A stretch of 64,000 nt of DNA from Candidatus Multivorans sp. (GCA_965224025.1 OZ245033.1:4384001-4448000); one strand, 5' to 3'. Counted from the first letter of the stretch, positions 10,953-20,332 are shown. Made by a program: numbers and translations. The notes: a model not told the origin generated them from the sequence alone.

Positions 10953-12344
10953 ATGAGCGACTCTCCCAGTCCGAGGAGCGATCCGTACACCGTCCGCGAG
11001 GGCGGCGCGGTCGAACCGCCGTCCACCTGGCGCAACCGGCTGCGCTATCTCGGTCCCAGCATCGTCATCTCGGGATCGATCGTCGGCTCGGGCGAGATCA
11101 TCCTCACCTCGGGCCTCGGCGCCGCCGCCGGCTTCGTCATGCTCTGGTGGGTGCTCCTGTCGTGCTGGATCAAGTCCCTGATCCAGGCAGAGCTGAGCCG
11201 CTACATCCTGGTCTCGGGAGACACCTACGTCCGGGCAATGAACCGGCTGCCCGGCAAGATTCCGCTCGGCAGGGGACTGATCAGCTTCCCCGTCGTCGTC
11301 GCCCTGATCGCCATCATCCCAGGGGTGATGGGGCTGGGCGGGATCATCGGCGGCGCAGGGCAGGCGCTGACGCTGCTGGTTCCCGACGTGTCGTCGGTCT
11401 GGGCCGCCGCTCTGATCGCCGCCGTGACGATCGCCCTGCTGGTCACCGGCTCCTACAAGGTGCTGGAGAACGCCATGCTCGGGCTGGTGATGATCTTCAC
11501 CGGCGCGACCCTGGTGTGCGCCTTCCTGATGCAGAACACCCAGTACGCGGTGACCGGCGCCGACCTCCTGTCGGGCCTCACGTTCAGTTTCCCGCCCGAG
11601 TACCTGGTCGCGGCGATCGCCGTGTACGGCTACACCGGGGTCAACGCGTCGGAGACCTCCGCCTACCAGTACTGGTGCGTCGAGAAGGGCTACCCGAACT
11701 TCATCGGCCGCAGCGACGCACCGGGATGGGAGGCCAGAGCCCGCGGCTGGATCAAGGTGCTCCAGACCGACGTCTGGGTCACGCTGGCGCTCCTGACCTG
11801 CGCCACCCTGCCCTTCTACATCCTGGGCGCCGGCGTCCTGCGCGCCCGCGGCAAGGTGCCGGACGGCCTCGAGACGATCTCCTTGCTGTCCGAGATGTTC
11901 ACCGAGACGCTCGGACCGTGGTCGCTGTGGCTGTTCGGCATCGGCGCCTTCTGCATCCTGTTCTCGACCATGCTCGCCGCGATCGGCGGCGCCGCCCGCT
12001 TCATTCCAGACTACATCATGGAACTCGGTTATCTCAACCGACAAAACCTGGTCGCTCGTCGCAACTGGATCCGCGGCTACTGCACGCTCATCCCGGTAGT
12101 CGCCGTCGTCATCTACATGACGATCCCGAACCCCCGGCTGCTGGTGACGATCGGGGCTCTGACCCTGGCCATGCTGCTGCCGATCCAGAGCGGCGCGGTG
12201 CTGTGGTTCCAGAAGAACCGGATGGACCCGAGAATCCGGCCTGGCAGGTGGATCCGGCTCGCGATCTGGGGCATCTTTCTGTTCGAGTTGGCGATGACGT
12301 GGTTCGTCGTCCGCTACGTGGCCCTTGGCCCCCTTCTCGACTGA
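10953..12344 (+). CDS. Nramp-related (APC superfamily) transporter, copy 1
   Basis: LGPSIVISGSIVGSGE motif, many TM segments, YQYWCVEKGY; lacks the canonical MntH DPGN motif. Confidence 0.8.
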   Translation: MSDSPSPRSDPYTVREGGAVEPPSTWRNRLRYLGPSIVISGSIVGSGEIILTSGLGAAAGFVMLWWVLLSCWIKSLIQAELSRYILVSGDTYVRAMNRLPGKIPLGRGLISFPVVVALIAIIPGVMGLGGIIGGAGQALTLLVPDVSSVWAAALIAAVTIALLVTGSYKVLENAMLGLVMIFTGATLVCAFLMQNTQYAVTGADLLSGLTFSFPPEYLVAAIAVYGYTGVNASETSAYQYWCVEKGYPNFIGRSDAPGWEARARGWIKVLQTDVWVTLALLTCATLPFYILGAGVLRARGKVPDGLETISLLSEMFTETLGPWSLWLFGIGAFCILFSTMLAAIGGAARFIPDYIMELGYLNRQNLVARRNWIRGYCTLIPVVAVVIYMTIPNPRLLVTIGALTLAMLLPIQSGAVLWFQKNRMDPRIRPGRWIRLAIWGIFLFELAMTWFVVRYVALGPLLD

Positions 12345-12373
12345 GGAGAGAACCACGGCCGCACGTAAGTCCA

Positions 12374-13771
12374 ATGTCTTCAAGCACTTACGTCGAACAG
12401 AGGAGCGATCCCTACACCGTCCGCGAGGGCGGCGCCGCCCCGCCGCCCACGAGCTGGCGAAGGCGGCTTCGCTATCTCGGCCCGAGCGTCGTGATCTCCG
12501 GTGCGATCGTCGGTTCGGGCGAGATGATTCTCACCTCGGGTCTGGGGGCCGCGGCGGGCTTCGTCATGCTGTGGTGGGTGCTCCTTTCCTGCTGGATCAA
12601 GTCCCTGATCCAGGCCGAACTTGCCCGGTACACGCTGGTTTCGGGCGACACCTACGTACGGGCGATAAACCGCCTCCCCTTCCAGATCCGGATCGGCCGC
12701 GGCCACGTCAGCTTCGCCGTCGCCATCTCCCTGATCGCCCTGGTTCCCTCACTGGTGGGTCTGGGGGGAGTCATCGGCGGCGCGGGTCAGGCTCTGACCC
12801 TGCTGGTCCCGGAGGTGTCGTCGACCCTGGCCGCCGGACTGCTGGCCGCGATCACCATTACAGTCCTGATCACGGGCTCCTACCGGATCCTGGAGAACGT
12901 GATGCTCGCGCTGGTCATGATCTTCACCGGCGCCACGCTCGTGTGCGCCATCCTGATGCAGGGCACGGAGTTCGCCGTCACACGGGCCGAACTCGCGTCG
13001 GGCTTCACGTTCAGCTTCCCACCCGAGCTCATCGTCGCCGCCATGGCCGTCTACGGATTCACGGGCGTCAACTCCCTGGAGATCTCCGCCTACCAGTACT
13101 GGTGCGTCGAGAAGGGCTATCCGAACTTCATCGGCCGCAGCGATGCGCCGGGGTGGGAGACGCGCGCCCGGGGGTGGATCAAGGTCATGCAGACGGACGT
13201 CTGGGTCACGCTGGCCTTGCTGACCTGCGCGACGGTGCCCTTCTACATGCTCGGCGCCGGCGTACTGAAGAAACTCGGCAAGGAGCCCGACGGCCTGGAG
13301 ACGATCTCCATGCTCTCCGAGATGTTCACCCAAACCCTGGGCCCCTGGTCGCTGTGGCTGTTCGGCGTCGGCGCCTTCTGCATCCTGTTCTCGACGATGA
13401 TCTCGGCCATCGCCGGCGGCGCCCGTTACATCCCCGACTACATCATGGAGCTGGGCTACCTGAAGCGTCGGAACCTGGCCGCCCGCAGGTTCTGGATCCG
13501 CGCCTACTGCACGGTCGGCCCGATCTTCTGCTTCACCGTCTACATGTGGATCCAGAATCCGCGACTGCTGATCACGATCAGCGCCCTGGTCGCCGGGCTG
13601 CTGCTACCGATTCAGAGCGGCGCCGTGCTCTGGCTACAGAAGAAGCGGATGGATCCCCGTGTTCGCCCGGGCCGAGGAATCCGAGCCGGCATCTGGGCAA
13701 TCTTCCTGGTCGAGTTGGCCCTGGTCGGATTCGTCATCCGCTACGTGGCCCTCGAGCCATTTCTCAACTGA
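12374..13771 (+). CDS. Nramp-related transporter, copy 2 (tandem paralogue)
   Basis: Collinear with copy 1 with long identical peptides (SGLGAAAGFVMLWWVLLSCWIKSLIQAEL, SAYQYWCVEKGYPNFIGRSDAPGWE). Confidence 0.8.
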   Translation: MSSSTYVEQRSDPYTVREGGAAPPPTSWRRRLRYLGPSVVISGAIVGSGEMILTSGLGAAAGFVMLWWVLLSCWIKSLIQAELARYTLVSGDTYVRAINRLPFQIRIGRGHVSFAVAISLIALVPSLVGLGGVIGGAGQALTLLVPEVSSTLAAGLLAAITITVLITGSYRILENVMLALVMIFTGATLVCAILMQGTEFAVTRAELASGFTFSFPPELIVAAMAVYGFTGVNSLEISAYQYWCVEKGYPNFIGRSDAPGWETRARGWIKVMQTDVWVTLALLTCATVPFYMLGAGVLKKLGKEPDGLETISMLSEMFTQTLGPWSLWLFGVGAFCILFSTMISAIAGGARYIPDYIMELGYLKRRNLAARRFWIRAYCTVGPIFCFTVYMWIQNPRLLITISALVAGLLLPIQSGAVLWLQKKRMDPRVRPGRGIRAGIWAIFLVELALVGFVIRYVALEPFLN

Positions 13772-13780
13772 GGAGCAACG

Positions 13781-15456
13781 ATGTTTCCACGATCGGCCAT
13801 TGGCATTCGAACACATATGCGACTGGCCTTCAACACCGCATGTCTTGGTGCCCTGACCCTGCTGGCCGGGTGCGCTTCCCCGGACGCCGACGTGATGGAA
13901 GCGGGCGCCGAAGGCGTCCGAACGATCGGTGAGAGCGCCAGCTTCCGAGGCATCAACGGCATCCTCTTCGGGCCGGACGGCGCCCTGTATCTCACCTCGG
14001 TGGTGACCCCGGCGCTGGCTCGGATCGACCCGGAGAGCGGCGAGATCCTCGACAACTGGGGCCTCGACGACGGAGCCAAGTCACCTGACGACCTCGCCTT
14101 CGGACCCGATGGTTCCGTGTACTGGACCGACATCAGCAACGGCGAGGTCGCGATGCGCGCGCCCACCGGCGAAACGCGCGTGGTCGCCTCGCCAAGCGTC
14201 GGCGTCAACCCGATCACCTTCTCGGACGACGGCCGGCTGTTCGTCTCCCAGTGCTTCATGGACACGAACCTGTTCGAGCTCGACCCGGCGGGCGAGCAGG
14301 AGCCGAGGCTCATCCGCGACGATCTCGGGCCGGGCTGCGGCCTGAACGGCATGGACTGGGGCTCCGCCGACGGCAAGCTCTACGGCCCGCGCTGGTTCCG
14401 CGGCGAGGTCGTCCGCGTCGACGTCGACAGCGGCGAGATGGAGACCGTCGCGAGCGGCTTTGAAGTGCCGGCGGCGGTCAAGTTCAACAGCGAAGGCGTG
14501 CTCCACGTGCTCGACTCGCTCCGGGGCGAGGTCGTACGGGTGGGCGAAGACGGCGGCAAGGAGGTCGTGGCCCGCGTTCAGCCCGGGCTCGACAACTTCG
14601 CCTTCGACGCAGACGACCGCCTCTTCATCTCCAGCTTCGCCGACGGCTTCATCGTCGAGGCGCTGTCGCCGGACGAGAACCGGATGGTGCTCGATGGCGG
14701 GCTGACATGCCGGGCGGCCTGGCGCTGATCGGGAGCGGCGACGCGACCCGGCTCGTGGTCGCCGATTTCTTCGCCCTGCGTCAGCTCGATCCGGCAACCG
14801 GCGACGAACTCGGCGTCGTGCGCGACGTGATCGGCTTCTCGGACATCGGCACGTCGATGTCGGTCCATGCCGCGGACGACGGCCGCCTCGTGCTGTCGAG
14901 CTGGTTCGACAACGCGGTGCGGCTCTGGGATCCGGCCGCGGACGCACTGGTTCAGATCTTCGGCGAACTGGCCGCCCCGATCGACGCAATCCAGTTCGAG
15001 GGCGGCATCGTCGCCAGCCAGTGGGGCGCAGGCAACGTGATCGCCTTCTCGCCGCAGAGCCCGGAGCAGAAGCGAATCCTCGCAGACGGTCTCGAAGGGC
15101 CGGCCGGTCTGACGGAGCTGGACGGCAGCCTTTACGTCACCGACAACCTCGCCGGCTCCCTGCTCCGCATCACCGACGCGGGCGCCGAGGAAGTAGCGAG
15201 CGGACTCGAGCAACCGGAAGGGCTGGCGGCGGCCAACGGCTCGATCTACGTCGTCGAAGCCGGCGCGGGCCGGGTCACGGCCATCGACCCCGTAAACGGA
15301 GCGACATGGGGCGTTGCCGAGAACCTCGAACTCCACGTGCCGCCAAGCGGCGCCTTCCCGAACACGATGCTGTTCAACGGCATTGCCACCGACGGCGAGA
15401 CCATCTGGGTCGCCGGCGACGCAGCGAACACCGTCTACGTGGTGGACCTGGAGTAG
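13781..15456 (+). CDS. SMP-30/gluconolactonase/NHL-like double beta-propeller lipoprotein, split by a frameshift near 14705
   Basis: LAGC lipobox; repeated blades (PDDLAFGPDG, GPAGL, QPEGL); ORFs 13781-14728 and 14707-15456 join if one base is restored in ctga[a]catg. Confidence 0.75.
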
Positions 15457-15562
15457 CGGCAGCTCCGAGTGTCGGTGCGGTAGCGGTCAGGTCGTCGCAG
15501 GCGACGCCGCGGCGGGTCCCCCAGCGATCTACGTCGTCGACCTGACTAACCGGGTGCGCCGA

Positions 15563-15636
15563 CGTGTCGTCCGTGCGCCCGAATGACGGGCGCACGGACC
15601 GGGTCGCGCGTGGCGCGGATCGCGCCACACGGGTTC
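15563..15636 (-). repeat. Two-hairpin interspersed repeat, family B, copy 1
   Basis: Perfect 13-bp stem 15569-15599 plus 8-bp stem 15610-15628; homologous to 56513-56586 and 59750-59823; lies between convergent genes. Confidence 0.75.
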
Positions 15637-15653
15637 CCGTCGGCATCCGGTGT

Positions 15654-16175
15654 TCAGTCACCCATGCCGTGATCGCCGTAGGTGCTGGCGGGACCCGTGC
15701 CCCCTGGACCCAGCCGGCCGCCATCGCCGAAGTGCCCCTTGCCGGGCACATGGTTCACTTCGACCCGGATGCCGTCCGGGTCCTCGACCAGGATCGAGTA
15801 GTAGCCCGGCGCGAACCGTGAACCCTCCTCGGGACCGTGGACGACCTTAGCGTCGAGTTCCGACACGATGAATCGGTAGATCGCGTCGACATCCTCACGG
15901 CTCCTGGCCCGGAAACAGAAGTGGTGGAGCCCCGGCCGGTCCTGGTCGAACCCGCGGTCACGCTTGCCCGGCGGCGCCGCCCGCACCAGGATGCCGGTGC
16001 GGCTGCCGATGCAGTACAGCACGTCCTCACCCCGGATCAGGGTCTTCATCTCGAGGAAGTTGCAGAGCCGCTCCCAGAACGGCAGGCAGCGCTCCGGATC
16101 CCGGACCGTCAACTGGATGTGCGCGATCCCGTTGACGCCAACGGTCTCGGCCACGCGGGTCACAGGTCCAGCCAC
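15654..16175 (-). CDS. VOC/glyoxalase family protein
   Basis: GIAHIQLTVRD, GLHHFCFRARSREDVD, EDPDGIRVEV; start codon uncertain. Confidence 0.9.
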   Translation of the reverse strand: MAGPVTRVAETVGVNGIAHIQLTVRDPERCLPFWERLCNFLEMKTLIRGEDVLYCIGSRTGILVRAAPPGKRDRGFDQDRPGLHHFCFRARSREDVDAIYRFIVSELDAKVVHGPEEGSRFAPGYYSILVEDPDGIRVEVNHVPGKGHFGDGGRLGPGGTGPASTYGDHGMGD

Positions 16176-16198
16176 CTACTCGGATCTCACGACGGCGG

Positions 16199-16945
16199 TC
16201 ACAGCAGGTCAAACGCCGTAATGATCCCGAGCAGATCGCCGTCATCGCTCCCGCTGTCCGTGACGAGGATCGGCACTTTGTCGAAGAAGCCCTCAATCAG
16301 GGTGCGCAAGCACGCCGTTTGGGCGGTTCGCAGCCGGATGTTCGATTCGCCAAGGAGCTCCCCGATGCGCTTGTCCCGATCGTCAAGGAGGTGCTCTCCC
16401 AGATCCTTCGCGTGGAGCAGCATCCACCTCTCGCGGTTTCCGCCGCCGCCATCCTGCTTGAACGGCAGGGTCGAGTAGTCGTGCATCAGCATGGTCCGCC
16501 GCACGTCTGCCAGCGTCTGCCAACCCTGGGCGCAGACCGGATTCGAGACCATGATCTTGCCTGCCGTCGTGGATTTACTTGGGGTCATCAGCGCCTCTAT
16601 CAGCACATAAACCAAGGCAGCGGTCCGTGTGTCCGCCAACGCAGCCGCCGTCCCGGTGTGGGCGAGGTCGTTTCGTGCGTCCGTCACGCTGTTATACAGG
16701 TCAGTGAAGTTCCAACCGGGCAGCCCCGTTTCTTCCAGCATGTGAGGCGCATTGTCCCTCACCAGAGATCTCATGCAACACCTGGCCTCCCCGAGCGTGG
16801 CCTTCGGACGGGTCAGGTGCTTGGCGATGCGTTCGATGCGGTGATGTACGGACGCGAGACTTGCTCTTCCGGCCGCGAACTCCGCCGAAGCCGTTCTCAG
16901 ATCCTGCCGCACCGCGGCGGCCACTGCCGGTGTCAGTCTACGCAT
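16199..16945 (-). CDS. HEPN-like domain + CBS-pair protein
   Basis: RNDLAH (RxxxxH) in a helical N-terminal half; C-terminal AGKIMVSNPV...YSTLP...LLGIITAFDLL is CBS-like. Confidence 0.6.
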   Translation of the reverse strand: MRRLTPAVAAAVRQDLRTASAEFAAGRASLASVHHRIERIAKHLTRPKATLGEARCCMRSLVRDNAPHMLEETGLPGWNFTDLYNSVTDARNDLAHTGTAAALADTRTAALVYVLIEALMTPSKSTTAGKIMVSNPVCAQGWQTLADVRRTMLMHDYSTLPFKQDGGGGNRERWMLLHAKDLGEHLLDDRDKRIGELLGESNIRLRTAQTACLRTLIEGFFDKVPILVTDSGSDDGDLLGIITAFDLL

Positions 16946-17141
16946 CGTCGCAATCCGGCGCCTTTCCCGCAGCAACCGGTCCGGCCGGTGAGCTGCGACG
17001 AAATCCCAACGAACGTCGAGTCCTCGAGTCTTGAAGTGCGGGTCGCCTTTGAGAAGGTATCAGGGGTGCTGAGAAACTCACCCAAGCCGACTGCGCAGTC
17101 AGCGCCAAAGGAGAGCGGCACCGGAACCGACTCCTGATAGC

Positions 17142-17173
17142 GTCGCGCGCATGAAGAGTCGCGCGCATGAAGA
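17142..17173. repeat. Exact 16-bp tandem duplication
   Basis: GTCGCGCGCATGAAGA x2 (17142-17157, 17158-17173). Confidence 0.9.
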
Positions 17174-17298
17174 AGTGTCTGCCCCAGCCGGACCGCGACC
17201 AGCGAGCTACCAGCCCAAGAAGGCCGAGGAGGGAAGCGAGACGGCACATCCGGGACGCCACGCCTCCGCCCGATCCGGTTTGCAGATAGCCGCAATCG

Positions 17299-17772
17299 AT
17301 GGTTGCAGTAGTCAGTCTGCTCCTCGCTGCCGCTTTCGCGGCCCAGCCCGACACGACCCTATATGAGCGGCTCTACACTGGCTGTCGCGGTATAGCTGTC
17401 GAGGTGCTCGTTGACGATCAAGCGCAGTCTCTAGGCATTGCGGACTTGGAACGGCTCGAGACAATGGCCGAGAGTCGATTGCGGGCTGCTCGTCTGTACG
17501 AACCTCACGAGGGCCTCCCGGTCTTCGTGATCGACGTACAGGCCCTGGATGGCGACTCTACGCACGCTTACGCGATTGAGATCGAGTTCGGTCGCCGCTT
17601 GGTGAATCCCGACACCGAACGCATAGTCTCCGTACCCACATGGAGCCGAGGGAACTTCGGGTACTTCGGCGACCGAGCAGATCCATCCAGCAAAGTACAT
17701 GCCTTCATCTCCGACTCCATAGACGAGTTCATCCGCGACTACCTGCGAGTCAACGAGGGTTCGTGCGACTGA
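17299..17772 (+). CDS. Secreted hypothetical protein
   Basis: Signal peptide MVAVVSLLLAAAFAA; globular composition; no recognised motif. Confidence 0.65.
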   Translation: MVAVVSLLLAAAFAAQPDTTLYERLYTGCRGIAVEVLVDDQAQSLGIADLERLETMAESRLRAARLYEPHEGLPVFVIDVQALDGDSTHAYAIEIEFGRRLVNPDTERIVSVPTWSRGNFGYFGDRADPSSKVHAFISDSIDEFIRDYLRVNEGSCD

Positions 17773-17935
17773 ATGTGACTCTAGGGAAGCCGTTCTCGAA
17801 GGCGAGGAGATGGCCCATCGAACGGTCTTCCCTGTGCTCTGGATTCGCCCCGACTTGGTGCGCCTGTTCCCGGGCTGTACCTCCGGCGCGTTGACCTCCA
17901 ATCGGAGTCAATGGACACGCCCGGTCCCTGACCGG

Positions 17936-18616
17936 CTACCCACCAACCCCACCTCCCCGGCCCTCTATCTCCCGCCGAACCCGCGCAACCTGATCCGCAA
18001 GCTCCTCCCGCGACGGCAGGCACAACTGGTACTTCGACGCATAGATGTTGGCGTCTTCGGGCAGCGTCAACTCGACGACCGCTTCGTTCTTCTGGTCGCA
18101 GAGGAGGATCCCGATCGTGGGCAGTTCGCCATCGGTCCTCACGTGCCGGTCGAAGTAGTTCACGTACATCTGCATCTGGCCAAGGTCCTGGTGGGGCAGT
18201 TCCCCGCGTTTCAGGTCGATCAGTACGTAGCAGCGCAGCAGGCGGTTGTAGAAGACGAGGTCGACCGGAAATCCGCGACGGCGTCGCGGAATTGTCTGAC
18301 GCCGGGCCATTCGAGAGGATGCGGTCGTGGCCTAGGTAGAACCGCCGCATCCTCTCAAGCGCATCCACGGAGAACCCCCGCCCGATCCTCTCCTTCAGCG
18401 CCGCCGAGAGCTTCTTGAGGGTCTGCGCGCCGTACTCGGCCCGGTCCGCGCCGTTCTGCTCGTACTCCACGAGGTACCAGTCGAACAACAGTTCCGCACG
18501 ACCAGCGAGCGGTCGACGGCGCGGGCGGCGGAGTGTCGTGTTTCCTCGTGGGTACGCCGGCAAAGCTCGACGAGGCCCTCGAAATCGAATGGCTGGCTCA
18601 CGCCGGCGCTGCTCAC
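17936..18616 (-). pseudogene. DUF1016/YhcG PD-(D/E)XK nuclease, frameshifted and internally deleted
   Basis: N-terminal part ARAVDRSLVVRN / EYEQNGADRAEYG...GFSVDALERMRRFY; C-terminal part VDLVFYNRLLRCYVLIDLK...GQMQMYVNYFD...YASKYQL; middle is missing. Confidence 0.85.
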
Positions 18617-19935
18617 TCTCCGCCCGTCGCGGGCGACTTCGCCGCCTCGCCCGGGCCAACCTCGATCAACTCGAAGATGCCGACCATCATCTCGTCCGTC
18701 GACTGGAAGCCGAAGCCGACATCGCGGTTCGGATCCGGATTGACGGGGTTCGCCGCCGAGTTGTCGTAGTGCGCCACGACCTCGACCACGCTTCCCGCCG
18801 GCAGCAGTCTCGGCGCCTCCGGGTAGTAGAAGAGTTGCCAGTCGAAGTCGTACTCCGGTACCTCGAGAAGGACCTCGCGGCTGCCGTCGGTGTAGACCGC
18901 GGTGAATGACATCGCCTTGCCGCGCAAGTGCATGTGCGGGAAGTAGGACACGATTCGCGAATCGGCGCTGAGCTCGTGACGGGCCTCGATTCGGTGGTTC
19001 GTGGCGCCCGCCGGGATCGTGAAGTCCATTCTGCTCGCGAGGATCGCCTCGACCTCGACCTCCAGCGGACCCTCGCCGAAGTAGAGGCCGATCCGGGCCC
19101 TGTCGGTACGTTCCGAGTCGCCGTTCGGATGGTAGTGCTGGTTGATCACCAGCATGGCGCCGGGGTTCACCCAGCGCCCGGCGGCGTCCGGGAACACGGT
19201 AGGCGCCGCTCCTACCGCCCAGATCCCGAGAATCTCCAGGTCGACGCCGTCTGCTTCCCCGCGCGGCCGGTCGTCACCCTGCCGTTCCTGCCCCTCACCC
19301 GAATCCACGCCGCCGAATCCGCCCATGAAGGCCACCTGGTGGTGATTCACGGTGCGGTCGCCGGGCAGGAACTCCACCGCCCGCAGCCAGCGACGCTCGG
19401 GGATGTCCAGCCGCACGAGCGGATTGGGAACCAGGTCCGGCCCGTTCGCCGGCACGGTCACGGGAGGCAGTTCGATCACGCAATCCGGCTCGCCCAACTG
19501 CCAGCCATCCCTGAACCGCGGCGGCTCGGGCATCAGCGCCGAATCGCCGGCCCTGGCGCCGCCATCGACCCAGGCGACGATCGTCTCCAACTCCTCCTTG
19601 CTCAGCCGGGCGTCGTTTGCCCAGACGCCGTGCTCGGGACTCGCGAACCATGGCGGCATCTCGCCGCTCAAGACGACGCGCCGGATCGAGCGTGCCCAGG
19701 GGCGCGCCTCCCGGTAGGTCAGGAGCGACATCGGAGCGATCTCGCCAGGCCGGTGGCAACCGACGCAGTGGCGCATGAAGATCGGCGCCACGTCACTGCT
19801 GAACAGGACCCCGTCACCGTCCACCGCTCCGACCGGCTGCGGCATTGCGGCCGCGGCGATGATCAATGCTCGGGCGCCCAGCACACACAGAACAGTGAAA
19901 CCGAGCCAACGGACTACCGGCGACGGACGCTGCAT
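18613..19935 (-). CDS. Cytochrome c + copper monooxygenase-like fusion (paralogue of 4781-6421)
   Basis: CVGCH; NHH, HYH, PHMHLRG, YDFDWQ, DEMM motifs. Confidence 0.75.
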   Translation of the reverse strand: MQRPSPVVRWLGFTVLCVLGARALIIAAAAMPQPVGAVDGDGVLFSSDVAPIFMRHCVGCHRPGEIAPMSLLTYREARPWARSIRRVVLSGEMPPWFASPEHGVWANDARLSKEELETIVAWVDGGARAGDSALMPEPPRFRDGWQLGEPDCVIELPPVTVPANGPDLVPNPLVRLDIPERRWLRAVEFLPGDRTVNHHQVAFMGGFGGVDSGEGQERQGDDRPRGEADGVDLEILGIWAVGAAPTVFPDAAGRWVNPGAMLVINQHYHPNGDSERTDRARIGLYFGEGPLEVEVEAILASRMDFTIPAGATNHRIEARHELSADSRIVSYFPHMHLRGKAMSFTAVYTDGSREVLLEVPEYDFDWQLFYYPEAPRLLPAGSVVEVVAHYDNSAANPVNPDPNRDVGFGFQSTDEMMVGIFELIEVGPGEAAKSPATGGE

Positions 19936-19946
19936 GGACGACTCCC

Positions 19947-20332
19947 TCCGAGGACCGACCTCGGACTACCGCAGCTACCAGGCCGCTCCGCCCCGCATGC
20001 ACGTGCAGGCGGACGGCGGAAAAGGACAAGGAGGGAAGTCCGGACTCCGCCGTCCGCCCCACGGCAAGACAACTCGGGAGGCAACCCGTATGCCAGCACT
20101 GGCTGTCACGGCGCGAGGACCCTAAGATCCTTGTCCCAACTGCTCGATTCGGAGGTTCCGGGCCTCCGGGGAACCACCCACGGGACAACAAAAACGTAGG
20201 GCCAGGGGACCACGCCGACATGAACGTCCGAGCCGCCCTTCGCTCGAGTGCAGCTCCTCCGCCGGAACCGGTGCCACCCGCCCCTGAAAACAGGGGCGCT
20301 TCCGACGGAGCGGAGCACCTTCCCTTAGCTGC
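19947..20332 (-). ncRNA. Candidate structured RNA or long 5' leader, family unassigned
   Basis: Multiple nested inverted repeats (see findings); mismatches become G-U pairs on the minus strand. Confidence 0.35.

Noticed and set aside
13807-13823. LexA-box-like TCGAACACATATGCGA
   Set aside because: Right half-site is poor, and it lies at the start of a lipoprotein gene unrelated to SOS
16933-17295. Small ORF upstream of the HEPN-CBS gene as a possible antitoxin
   Set aside because: No recognisable motif or RBS, and it spans the 16-bp duplication; cannot be supported
20031-20048. RNase P RNA, from GAGGGAAGTCCGGACTCC resembling GAGGAAAGUCCGG
   Set aside because: No downstream AGUGCAACAG, GGUAAAC or 3' ACAGAACCCGGCUUA motifs; the match sits within a local hairpin
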